From the NCBI GenBank assembly GCA_016789705.1, contig JAEUQR010000005.1, positions 67,153 through 131,152 of the forward strand: a stretch of 64,000 bases of DNA. The letters are read 5' to 3'. The position numbers and the translations under genes are program-made. How positions within the stretch are numbered: position 1 is the stretch's first letter; each line of letters opens with the position of its first letter. Shown here one piece after another: positions 15,003 through 23,625 of this stretch. The DNA comes from Acidobacteriota bacterium. Lineage in GTDB: Bacteria; Acidobacteriota; Vicinamibacteria; Vicinamibacterales; UBA2999. Under the pieces are notes generated by a model, which saw nothing but the letters and a program-made list of their open reading frames with translations, was not told the origin of the DNA and did no database searches.

Positions 15003-16205
15003 ATGCGCACATCCCTCATCCGGTTCGCCCTGGCGGCGACCGGGCTCTCACTGACTGTCGCCGCGGTGTCGCCGCTCGTGGCCGGACCGGGGCAGGCCCC
15101 CGCCGCGGGCCAGCCGGCCGTCCGCCCCGGCGCGGTGATGCGCCGTCCGGGCGACGGCCGCACGCCGGAGTTCCCGGAACCGACCATCACCCAGTACAAG
15201 CCGCGCACCACGCTCAAGACGGCGCAGCACCCGGTGCCGCGGGCGAAGTTCCCGGTCATCGATGTGCACAGCCACCAGCCCACGCCGATCTCCGAGGAGC
15301 AGTTCGCGACGGTCGTGAAGGGCATGGACGCGAACAACCTGCGCGTGCTTGTGAACGCCAGCGGCGCCCAGGGGGAGCGGCTCACCCGCGCCGTCGCGGC
15401 CTTGAAGGCGAGCCGCTTCAAGGACCGCATGGTCCAGTTCACGGACATCGACTTCCGCAACGTCGGACCCGGCTGGGGCGCGAAGGCCGTTGCGCAGCTC
15501 GAGGCCGACGTCAAGGCCGGCGCGCTCGGCATCGGCGAGATCTCGAAGGCGTTCGGTCTGCGGTTCCGCAAGGCCGACGGCACGCGGCTCAGAATCGATG
15601 ATCCGGAGCTGGATCCGGTGTGGGCGGCGGCAGGCCGCCTGGGTGTGCCGGTGCTCATCCACACGGCCGAGCCGCAGGAGTTCTTCGAGCCGATCGACTT
15701 CCAGAACGAACGCTGGCTCGAGCTGGCGCTCTATCGCGATCGCCGCTATCCCGCCGGCGAGTTCCCGCGCTTCGAAGAACTGATGGAGGAGCGCAACCGG
15801 ATGTTCCGCAGGCATCCGAAGACCACCTTCATCGCCGCGCATTTCGCCTACCACGCCAACGACCTTGCGCGCGCGGCGGCGCTGCTCGACGAGATGCCGC
15901 ACGTGCATCTCGAGGTGGGCGCGATTCTGGCGGAGCTCGGACGTCAGCCGCGGGCCGCGCGCGAGTTCTTCGTCAAGTATCAGGACCGCATCCTGTTCGG
16001 GAAGGACAGCTTCCAGCCCGACGAGTTTCCGTACTTCTGGCGCGTCTTCGAGACCAACGATGAGTACTTCGACTACTACCGCGACTATCACGCCTTCTGG
16101 AAGCTCTACGGCATGGGCCTCCCGGACGACGTGCTGAAGAAGCTCTACTACAAGAATGCTCTGCGCCTGATTCCCGGGCTTCCGAAGGAAGGCTGGCCGC
16201 AGTAA
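15003..16205 (+). CDS. secreted amidohydrolase-family (TIM-barrel metal hydrolase) protein
   Basis: Signal peptide (MRTSLIRFALAATGLSLTVAAVSPLVA), a PVIDVHSH metal-binding motif, and VLIHTAEP. Substrate unknown. Confidence 0.75.
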   Translation: MRTSLIRFALAATGLSLTVAAVSPLVAGPGQAPAAGQPAVRPGAVMRRPGDGRTPEFPEPTITQYKPRTTLKTAQHPVPRAKFPVIDVHSHQPTPISEEQFATVVKGMDANNLRVLVNASGAQGERLTRAVAALKASRFKDRMVQFTDIDFRNVGPGWGAKAVAQLEADVKAGALGIGEISKAFGLRFRKADGTRLRIDDPELDPVWAAAGRLGVPVLIHTAEPQEFFEPIDFQNERWLELALYRDRRYPAGEFPRFEELMEERNRMFRRHPKTTFIAAHFAYHANDLARAAALLDEMPHVHLEVGAILAELGRQPRAAREFFVKYQDRILFGKDSFQPDEFPYFWRVFETNDEYFDYYRDYHAFWKLYGMGLPDDVLKKLYYKNALRLIPGLPKEGWPQ

Positions 16206-17155
16206 TGGCGCGTTACCTCGTGACCGGCGGCGCCGGGTTCATCGGCTCGCATCTCGTCGAAGAGTTGCTGCGGCGCGGTGAGTCGGTGCGCGTGCTCGAC
16301 GATCTCAGTACCGGCAAGGTGGCGAACCTCGAGGCGGCCGCAGCCGCGGCCGGGACGGCGGTGCCTGAGTTCCTCCAGGGCGACGTCGCCGACCTCGCCA
16401 TGGCGCGGCGCGCGGCCGAGGGGATTGACTACGTGCTCCACCAGGCGGCCATTCCGTCGGTGCCGCGTTCGGTGGCCGACCCGGTGCGGTCCAACCACGC
16501 CAACATCGATGGCACGCTGGCCATGCTCGTGGCCGCCAGGGATGCCGGCGTGAAGCGGCTGGTCTTCGCCGGCTCGTCGTCGGTCTATGGCGACGCCCTC
16601 GAGCTGCCGAAGCGGGAAGACATGCCCTGCAAGCCGCTCTCGCCCTACGCGCTGCAGAAGCACGTGGGTGAGCAATACCTGCAGATGTTCACCGCGCTCT
16701 ACGGGCTCGAAACGGTCACCATTCGCTACTTCAACGTGTTCGGTCCGCGGCAGGATCCGGGGTCGCCGTATTCGGGCGTGATCTCGCTCTTCGTGAAGGC
16801 GGCTAATGAAGGCCGGGCGCCCACGATCTACGGCGATGGCGGCCAGACGCGTGATTTCACCTACGTCGCGAACACCGTGGATGGCGTGCTGCGGGCCGCG
16901 ACGACGCCGGGGATCGCCGGACAGGTCATCAACGTGGCGACGAACGGTCGCGTCTCGCTCAACGACCTGTGGGCGCAGGTGCGCGGCCTGCTCGGTGTCA
17001 CGACGGCGCCCGTCTACGGGGAGCCCCGCGCGGGTGACATCCGCGATTCGCAGGCCGACATCCGCAAGGCGGCGGCGCTGCTCGGCTACCAGCCGATCGT
17101 CTCGTTCGAAGAGGGGCTCCGCCGCACGGTCGCGTGGGCCACCGGCCGAATCTGA
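16205..17155 (+). CDS. NAD-dependent sugar-nucleotide epimerase/dehydratase (extended SDR)
   Basis: VTGGAGFIGSH Rossmann motif and a YALQK catalytic Tyr/Lys. The overall pattern resembles UDP-sugar 4-epimerases. Confidence 0.85.
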   Translation: MARYLVTGGAGFIGSHLVEELLRRGESVRVLDDLSTGKVANLEAAAAAAGTAVPEFLQGDVADLAMARRAAEGIDYVLHQAAIPSVPRSVADPVRSNHANIDGTLAMLVAARDAGVKRLVFAGSSSVYGDALELPKREDMPCKPLSPYALQKHVGEQYLQMFTALYGLETVTIRYFNVFGPRQDPGSPYSGVISLFVKAANEGRAPTIYGDGGQTRDFTYVANTVDGVLRAATTPGIAGQVINVATNGRVSLNDLWAQVRGLLGVTTAPVYGEPRAGDIRDSQADIRKAAALLGYQPIVSFEEGLRRTVAWATGRI

Positions 17156-17165
17156 ACGGGCGTCA

Positions 17166-18386
17166 TCAGCGCGGCGACGCCGTGAGGACGTCGCGCCGGC
17201 CATCGCCGTAGAACACCGACACGCCGGCACCGTCGAAGTCGAGCGCCGCGCCGGTCCCTTTGTAGACCGGCGTGAGCATGCCGGTGTCGATGAGGTAGAG
17301 CCGGCCGCCCAGGCGCTGGCGCACCTTGAAGTCGCGGTTCACCGTGTGGCCCACGACGAGGCGGTCGGCGTTCCAGCGGGCGAGGAGCGCGGTGAACGGC
17401 GCGTCGAGCGCGGCCTCCTCGGCCAGCGCATAGCCGCGGTACCAGAGCGGGCCGTCGCCGTCGAGCAGCGACCAGTCGCCCAGGCCGGTGAAGGCCGCGG
17501 CCTCCTTCACGAGGGCCAGATCCACGCCGGCGAGATTCGGGGTCTCGCCGTTCTCCTTCGCGGCTTCCACAAGCGCGTTCACCCAGCGCACTTCCGCGGC
17601 CGCGACCGCCAGCAGGTCTTCCAGCCGGAACCACGGCGCCGCCAGGCCGGCGGCGGTGAGCCGGGCGACGAAGCGGTCCACGCGCGCGATCTCGTCGCGG
17701 GCGCGCGCGTTGAGCGTCTCGACGCTGTCGGTCGTGTCGGGCGGGGCGCCGGCATGCATGAAGACGCTGCGGCCCACTCTGGCGGCGATTGGCCGCTGAC
17801 GCAGCCACTTGCCGTAGACGCCCTCGGGGCCGAGCGCCAGGCGGTACTCGATGCAGCCGCGCGGGTACGACGCGGCGAAGCCGTCTTCCGCCCGCGTGAG
17901 TCCGAGCGGCTGTTCGCCCTTGCGCGACCGGGCGCGCGCCTTGACGAGCTTGTCGTACTCGCGCCAGGCGTCGTCGCGCACCTTGTCGGCGTCTTTGCCG
18001 GCGAAGCGGGCGCAGATGTCGGCGCTGGCGTCGCGCAGCTCACCGACCAGGTTCATCGCCTCGTGATTGCCGAGCAGCGGCAGCACGCGGCCGCCCTGCG
18101 CCGGGGCCTCGCGTTCGAGGGTCATCAGCAGATCGAGCGCGCCGCGCACGTCGGCGCCGCGATCGGTCACGTCGCCCGTCTGCACGAGCGTGGCGGTGCC
18201 GCCCGTCCAGCGATCCGAGGCGTCGATGAGGCCGGCAGCCCGGAGCACACTCCGCAGGCCGTCGAGGCTGCCGTGGACGTCGCCCACGGCCACCACGCGG
18301 CCTGACTCGCCGCGTTGCGCCGAGACGGCAGGCACTGCGGCGACGGCGGCAACGGCGACAAGGAGACAGGCGCGGCCCAGGGACAT
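17166..18386 (-). CDS. exported PPP-family (calcineurin-like) metallophosphoesterase
   Basis: Internal ATG of track ORF 17166..19097 gives the signal peptide MSLGRACLLVAVAAVAAVPAVSA/Q. Carries GDVHG, GDVTDRG, GNHE and late VVGHT motifs. Confidence 0.8.
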   Translation of the reverse strand: MSLGRACLLVAVAAVAAVPAVSAQRGESGRVVAVGDVHGSLDGLRSVLRAAGLIDASDRWTGGTATLVQTGDVTDRGADVRGALDLLMTLEREAPAQGGRVLPLLGNHEAMNLVGELRDASADICARFAGKDADKVRDDAWREYDKLVKARARSRKGEQPLGLTRAEDGFAASYPRGCIEYRLALGPEGVYGKWLRQRPIAARVGRSVFMHAGAPPDTTDSVETLNARARDEIARVDRFVARLTAAGLAAPWFRLEDLLAVAAAEVRWVNALVEAAKENGETPNLAGVDLALVKEAAAFTGLGDWSLLDGDGPLWYRGYALAEEAALDAPFTALLARWNADRLVVGHTVNRDFKVRQRLGGRLYLIDTGMLTPVYKGTGAALDFDGAGVSVFYGDGRRDVLTASPR

Positions 18387-18388
18387 GG

Positions 18389-19216
18389 CTAGTCCAAGAA
18401 TACCCGGCTCGCGCCCTTCTGTTTCACGAGCGTCTCGATTGCCTGGCGCATGCGATCGCGGCGCTTGAGGAGTGCCTCCTGCTCGGCCGGCGACAGCCAC
18501 GCGCCGAGGGCGCGGGAGACATCCGCCGCGGTGAGCGCGTCGATCGTCGCCCACAGACGGCGGTCCACGGTGTTGATGGCCGCGATGCCGTCGGTGGCGA
18601 GGCGTGTCGTGAAGGCGCGTGAGTGATCGATGAGGAAGAGGTGCCAGTCGCGGTCGTAGAGCAGGTTGCCCTGATTGCGATCGACGTTGGCGATGAGCTG
18701 GTCGAAGAGCTTCATGCGACTGATCTGCCGCGACCACTCGGGCTCCGGGCCCTGCGCCGGTTTGTCCTTGTTCCAGCCGGTCGTGTTCTCGATCCAGTAG
18801 ACGGCCGCGCCGACCTTGCCGTCGATGGTGCGCTCGACGACCGGCGGCACCATGTTCATGCCGAGCAGGCGATCGAGCTGGTAGGCAGCGATTTCGGCCT
18901 TGTAGCTCTCCGGGAAGCCGTTGCGCCGCGACGGCGGCAGCGCTTTCCACGCAAACCGCGCCGCCGGCCCGCCCGGCGCGAATGTGCCGCGCTGCGGTTT
19001 GGTGACGCCAGTCGGCACGGCCTCCATCGCCACGACCGTCGCGGTGGCGAGGTGGCGCTCGATTGTGGCTTCGTGGCCGGTCCAGAGACGCGAGCACTGG
19101 GACATGGCGGCGGCAGGCGTCGGCGGCGGCGCGGCCTGGCGCGCGAGGGCAGGCGTCGCGGTAGCCGCGAGGAGGGTGGCGGCCAGCAGGGGGAGGCGGC
19201 AGGGGCGTCGGGGCAT
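18389..19216 (-). CDS. exported protein with PI3K/PI4K-like catalytic motifs
   Basis: Internal ATG of track ORF 18389..19501 gives the signal peptide MPRRPCRLPLLAATLLAATATPALA/RQ. FDQLIANVDRNQGNLL plus FLIDHSRAF resemble the DRHxxN / IDFG catalytic and activation segments. The stop lies 2 nt before the phosphoesterase start. Confidence 0.5.
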   Translation of the reverse strand: MPRRPCRLPLLAATLLAATATPALARQAAPPPTPAAAMSQCSRLWTGHEATIERHLATATVVAMEAVPTGVTKPQRGTFAPGGPAARFAWKALPPSRRNGFPESYKAEIAAYQLDRLLGMNMVPPVVERTIDGKVGAAVYWIENTTGWNKDKPAQGPEPEWSRQISRMKLFDQLIANVDRNQGNLLYDRDWHLFLIDHSRAFTTRLATDGIAAINTVDRRLWATIDALTAADVSRALGAWLSPAEQEALLKRRDRMRQAIETLVKQKGASRVFLD

Positions 19217-19591
19217 GGGCGAGGCGTCTCCTGCCGGGATTCTAGCCGCGCCGTCCGGCGCCCGGTACCGGAATCGCGGCCTCGTGCAGCCACCGTTGCG
19301 CCGCCCGTAACCGTGGTTGCGCGGCGTTCCCGCGGCATGTCCGGCCCATCGGGCTCGAGAGGGGCAACCGCGGTTGACGGATGCCGCCCGCGCCTGGCCG
19401 GCGTCGAGCCGCGGCCCGGCGCCTAAGTCGTGCGGAGAGACGTGTTTGCCCGGCCGTGGCCTCGGCGGCGACGGCGCTTGCAGTGGTCCGGGTGTCCGCA
19501 CGGGGCGCCGAGCGTGGTGACCGCTGACCTCGGGTGTCCGTCACGGCGCCTCGTGCGCGACATCCACCTCATTCGACAAGGAGACGCAGAC

Positions 19592-19924
19592 ATGACCTCG
19601 ACCCTCACACGCCTCGCCCTCGTGCTCTCGCTCGCCCTCGGCCCGCTCGCGGTGCCGATCGCGGCGCAGGACGCACCGGCGAAATCCGCGGCCACGCCGG
19701 CCGTCGTGAACCTGAACGCGGCCACGCCCGAGCAGCTCGAGACGCTGCCCGGGATCGGCCCGCGCGCCGCGCAGCGCATCGTCGAGTACCGCACGAAGAA
19801 CGGCGGCTTCAAGAAGGTCGAAGACCTGATGAAGATCCAGGGCATCGGCGAGCGAAGCTTCCTGCGGCTGCGTCCGCTCGTCACCGTCGGGAGCCCGAAG
19901 GGTGACGCCAGGGCGCAGCAGTAG
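19592..19924 (+). CDS. comEA: ComEA-family helix-hairpin-helix DNA-binding protein
   Basis: Signal peptide followed by VNLNAATPEQLETLPGIGPRAAQRIVEYRTKNGGFKKVEDLMKIQGIGERSF. AAGGAGA lies 7 nt upstream of ATG19592. Confidence 0.85.
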   Translation: MTSTLTRLALVLSLALGPLAVPIAAQDAPAKSAATPAVVNLNAATPEQLETLPGIGPRAAQRIVEYRTKNGGFKKVEDLMKIQGIGERSFLRLRPLVTVGSPKGDARAQQ

Positions 19925-20564
19925 GCAGGCATGGGAGCCGCGGGCCAGGCCCCGCGGCTCCCGGCCGCTCAGGCTGCCCGCCCGCCGGCACGCGGGCTAC
20001 ACGCTCGTGGAGCTCGTGGTGGTCGTCGGCCTGGTGTGCGCCGTGCTCACCGCGGCGGTGCCGGCCTTCGATGCCGCGGCCGATGCCGCCGAGGCGTACG
20101 GCGCGGCGCGCTATCTCTCAGGAGTCGTCGCGCGGGCCCGGCTGGAGGCGGCGCGCAGCCAGCGCACCGTGGCGGTGCGTTTCTCGCGGCACGTGCCGGT
20201 GACCTTCACGGTGGTCATCGACGGCGACGGCGATGGTGTCCGCGCCGATGACGTCGCCGCCGGCGTCGACCGCACGATGCGGGACGCCGACCGGCTCGAG
20301 GATCACTTCCCGCGGGTGCGCTTTGGTATCAGCGGGCCCGTGTCCGGCATCGACGAGGCGCGAGGCCTCACGGCCGCCGATGACCCGGTGCGCTTCGGCG
20401 CCGCCGATCAGGTGACCCTCACGCCGCTTGGCACGGCGACGGGCGGCACGGCCTATCTCACGAGTCGGGCCGGCGTGCAGTTCGCGGTGCGGGTCTCGGG
20501 CGTGACCGGGCGCGCGCGAGTGCTGCGCTACGACCACGGGAGGGCGACATGGCGGCCGCTCTGA
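19902..20564 (+). CDS. GspH/FimT-like minor pseudopilin
   Basis: Prepilin-type N-terminus G/YTLVELVVVVGLV with Glu at +5, then a beta-rich body with a Gly/Asp-rich DGDGDGV insert. The start is uncertain: GTG19902 gives a 31-aa leader, and an in-frame CTG would give 8 aa. Confidence 0.65.
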   Translation: MTPGRSSRQAWEPRARPRGSRPLRLPARRHAGYTLVELVVVVGLVCAVLTAAVPAFDAAADAAEAYGAARYLSGVVARARLEAARSQRTVAVRFSRHVPVTFTVVIDGDGDGVRADDVAAGVDRTMRDADRLEDHFPRVRFGISGPVSGIDEARGLTAADDPVRFGAADQVTLTPLGTATGGTAYLTSRAGVQFAVRVSGVTGRARVLRYDHGRATWRPL

Positions 20565-20860
20565 TGGGGGCCGAGCGGCGCGCGGCACCGCGCTTCACGG
20601 CGCCTGGCTTCGGCGTCGTGGATGTCGCCGTCATCCGTCCGGGGCTCACGGTGTCGGTCGTGACGATTTCACCGCGCGGCGCGCTGGTCGAATCGGTGGC
20701 GCCGATTCGGCCCGGCGTACGCACGGAGCTCACGCTCGATGCGGCGGACGGGCGCCGCTGGCCGGTGGGGATCGAGGTGTTGCGTTGCTGGGTGGCCACG
20801 CTCGACCCCGTCCGGTACCGCGCCGCGATGCGCTTCGACGGACCGATCGCGGCAGGGTAG
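20549..20860 (+). CDS. PilZ-domain protein (putative c-di-GMP receptor)
   Basis: 103 aa with an RxxxR element (ERRAAPRF) and a degenerate D/NxSxxG element (TISPRGA). Overlaps the pseudopilin gene by 16 nt. Confidence 0.6.
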   Translation: MAAALMGAERRAAPRFTAPGFGVVDVAVIRPGLTVSVVTISPRGALVESVAPIRPGVRTELTLDAADGRRWPVGIEVLRCWVATLDPVRYRAAMRFDGPIAAG

Positions 20861-20913
20861 CGGGTAAGGACTACCCGTGAGCCTCCGGGGCCTGGGCGGG
20901 TAGTCCTTACCCG
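20861..20913. repeat. 17-bp inverted repeat (19-nt spacer), each arm itself a mini-palindrome
   Basis: CGGGTAAGGACTACCCG (20861-20877) pairs with CGGGTAGTCCTTACCCG (20897-20913). It starts 1 nt after the PilZ stop. Either a terminator-like or an operator-like element. Confidence 0.6.
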
Positions 20914-20984
20914 ACGCCTCGGGGCTCGCGGGGGCGGTCTCCCCAATTCCCAGCAATTACACGTGGAAGAGGGTGAGCGGGCGG

Positions 20985-22403
20985 ATGGCATCCGCCTTGG
21001 TTCACCACCGTCGCAAGGGGGCAGTGCGGATGGAGCATCGACGCGAGACGGCGGACGAGAGTGGACGGCACCCACGCCAGGGCGACCGGCGGCAGGGAAT
21101 TCACGACGTCGTACGGGCGCTGGCGACACATCTGGTGTCGGGCGAACCGAGCGTGCGGCTCGAGGGGGTGCTCGAGGCGGGGCTCGCGCGCGCCCTGGGC
21201 GCCGACTGGCTGCGCACGGTGCGCCAGGGCACTGCGGCAGGTCGGCTGGCGGCGCCCCGAACGGCGCGCATCACGGCGAACGGACCGGGAGCCGGGCAGG
21301 ACGTGTGTTTCGAGTTGGCCCTCTCCGGCCGCCGTCTGGATGCCTGGGACGAACAGTTGCTCGAAACGGCCGCGCACCTGATGACGCTGGCGCTGGCGGC
21401 CGACCGCCGGTCCGTGCCTCGTGCGGCGCCTTCCGGGCCGGGCGCCGGCGCCGCGCCGCTCATCGGATCGAGCGGCCTCATGCGGGCACTGCGCGATCGC
21501 ATCGAGCGCGTCGCGGCCAGCGACTTCACCGTCCTCGTGCAGGGCGAAAGCGGCACTGGCAAAGAGCTGGTGGCGCGGCAGATTCATGAGCTGAGTCCTC
21601 GCCGTCCGGGGCCGTTTGTCGCCGTCAACTGCGCGGCGCTCGTCGAGACCCTGCTCGAGGCCGAACTCTTCGGTGTCGAAGACCGCACGGCCACCGGCGT
21701 GCGCGGGCGGCGCGGGAAGTTCGAGCATGCCGATGGCGGCACGCTCTTTCTCGACGAAGTGGCGGAGCTCTCGATGGCGGCGCAGGCCAAGCTCCTGCGC
21801 GCCATTCAGGACCTCGCCGTGGAACGGGTGGGCGGGCACGCAACGCGGCGTCTCAATGTGCGGATCGTGGCGGCCACCAACAAGCCGCTCGCCGGCCTCG
21901 CCGATCGCGGCGTGTTTCGGTCCGATCTGTACTATCGCCTGAGCGGCCTCGAGGTGGTGGTGCCGCCGCTGCGGGCCCGTCGCGACGACATCCTCGAGCT
22001 GGCGCAGTATTTCCTGGCGTGTCACGCCTCGCGCGGCACGGTGGCGCTCTCCACCACCGCGGCCGACGCCCTGCAGGCATACCACTGGCCCGGCAACGTG
22101 CGCGAGCTGCAGCGCACGCTCGAAGGCGCCGTGGCGATGTCCGACTCGCGCGTCATCGACCTCGACGATCTGCCGACGGCACTGCGCGGGTCGTATGCCG
22201 AGGTGGTCGTGCCGTCGCTCGAGGCCAATGACAGCCTGCGCGCCTGGGCGAGCCGCTACGCGAAGCTCGTGCTGGAGCGGTCCGGCCACAACAAACGCAA
22301 GGCGTGCCGCGCGCTCGGCATCAGCTATCACACGCTGCAGGCGCACCTGCGGTACCGCGGCGAGCGCGCGCCCGTTCCGGAGGTGCGCGACGACGTGGCG
22401 TGA
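20985..22403 (+). CDS. sigma-54-dependent transcriptional activator with a non-receiver (GAF-like?) N-terminal sensor
   Basis: AAA+ core (GESGTGKE, ELFGVEDRTATG with a degenerate GAFTGA loop, EVAELS) and a C-terminal HTH (NKRKACRALGISYHTLQAHL). The start is ambiguous among GTG20973, ATG20985 and ATG21030. Confidence 0.85.
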   Translation: MASALVHHRRKGAVRMEHRRETADESGRHPRQGDRRQGIHDVVRALATHLVSGEPSVRLEGVLEAGLARALGADWLRTVRQGTAAGRLAAPRTARITANGPGAGQDVCFELALSGRRLDAWDEQLLETAAHLMTLALAADRRSVPRAAPSGPGAGAAPLIGSSGLMRALRDRIERVAASDFTVLVQGESGTGKELVARQIHELSPRRPGPFVAVNCAALVETLLEAELFGVEDRTATGVRGRRGKFEHADGGTLFLDEVAELSMAAQAKLLRAIQDLAVERVGGHATRRLNVRIVAATNKPLAGLADRGVFRSDLYYRLSGLEVVVPPLRARRDDILELAQYFLACHASRGTVALSTTAADALQAYHWPGNVRELQRTLEGAVAMSDSRVIDLDDLPTALRGSYAEVVVPSLEANDSLRAWASRYAKLVLERSGHNKRKACRALGISYHTLQAHLRYRGERAPVPEVRDDVA

Positions 22404-22489
22404 GCGGCGGCACGGGTCCGGCCGTCCTTGACCGGCGTGGGCGGGCGTAGTACGTTTCTGCGGATATTTCTCGCCTCCATGGTCCCCGC

Positions 22490-23608
22490 ATGAACGACAC
22501 CACGCCGACGCCCCTGAAGAAGACCGCGCTGCACGCTGCTCACGTCGCCCTCGGGGCCCGGATGGTGCCATACGGAGGCTGGGACATGCCCGTCGAGTAC
22601 TCGGGCATCACCGCCGAACACCTCGCCGTGCGCACCGCGGCGGGCCTGTTCGACGTCTCGCACATGGGCCAGATCGAGCTGGCGGGGCCGAACGCCCTCG
22701 CCGCCGTGCAGCACATCACCACGAACGACGCCAGCAAGCTGCAGAACGGGCAGGCGCAGTATTCCGCGCTGACGACGCCCGAAGGCACGTTCGTCGACGA
22801 CGTGCTCGTGTACCGCTTCGCCGAGAAGCACTACCTGCTGGTCGTCAACGCCTCGAATATCGAGAAGGACCACGCCTGGATCGCCGCACACGCCCCGGAG
22901 GCCGGCGAGGTCGCCATCGTCAACTCGTCCGACCGCTACGCGCTCATCGCCGTGCAGGGGCCGAAGGCTCGCGGCATCGTGCAGAAGCTCACGGCGGTCG
23001 ATCTCAGCACCATCAAGTACTACTGGTTCGCGCACGGCGAAATCGCCGGCGTGCGCGGCACGCTCTCGCGCACCGGCTACACCGGTGAGGATGGCTGGGA
23101 GATCTTCGTGCCGCCGCAGTTCGCCACGCAGGTCTGGAACGCGCTGCTCGAAGCGGGGAAGCCGGAAGGCCTGGTGCCGGCCGGCCTCGGCGCGCGCGAC
23201 ACGTTGCGCCTCGAGGCGGCGATGCGCCTCTACGGCAACGACATGGACGAAACGTCGACGGTGCTCGAGTGCGATCTCGGCTGGATCGTCGGCTGGAACA
23301 AGGCCGAGTTCACCGGCAAGGCCGTGCTCGACCGCCAGAAGGCCGAAGGCGTCGCGAAGAAGATTGTCGGCTTCGAGATGCTCGATCGCGCCATCGCCCG
23401 TCACGGCCATGCGGTCATGCACGATGGGGCGGCCGTCGGTGTGGTCACGAGCGGCACCCACACGCCATTCCTGAAGAAGGCCATCGGCATGGCCTACGTG
23501 CCGCCGGCGCTCGCCGCCGTGGGCACCGAGTTCACCATCGACATCCGCGGACGGCAGGCCCGTGCCGTCGTCGTCCCGATGCCGTTCTACAAGCGTCCGA
23601 AGGCCTAG
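22490..23608 (+). CDS. gcvT: glycine cleavage system aminomethyltransferase T
   Basis: 372 aa with KKTALH...GARMVPYGGWDMPVEY...FDVSHMG motifs and a typical GcvT C-terminus. Confidence 0.95.
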   Translation: MNDTTPTPLKKTALHAAHVALGARMVPYGGWDMPVEYSGITAEHLAVRTAAGLFDVSHMGQIELAGPNALAAVQHITTNDASKLQNGQAQYSALTTPEGTFVDDVLVYRFAEKHYLLVVNASNIEKDHAWIAAHAPEAGEVAIVNSSDRYALIAVQGPKARGIVQKLTAVDLSTIKYYWFAHGEIAGVRGTLSRTGYTGEDGWEIFVPPQFATQVWNALLEAGKPEGLVPAGLGARDTLRLEAAMRLYGNDMDETSTVLECDLGWIVGWNKAEFTGKAVLDRQKAEGVAKKIVGFEMLDRAIARHGHAVMHDGAAVGVVTSGTHTPFLKKAIGMAYVPPALAAVGTEFTIDIRGRQARAVVVPMPFYKRPKA

Positions 23609-23625
23609 TGCGAGGAGCGGGACCC

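Noticed and set aside
22404-22489. A glycine riboswitch expected upstream of gcvT
   Set aside because: Only 86 nt are available, and I cannot find the conserved glycine-aptamer core elements. The region fits a plain promoter better (TTGACC 22428-22433, 17 nt, TACGTT 22451-22456), and even that is weak. A cmscan with RF00504 would settle it.
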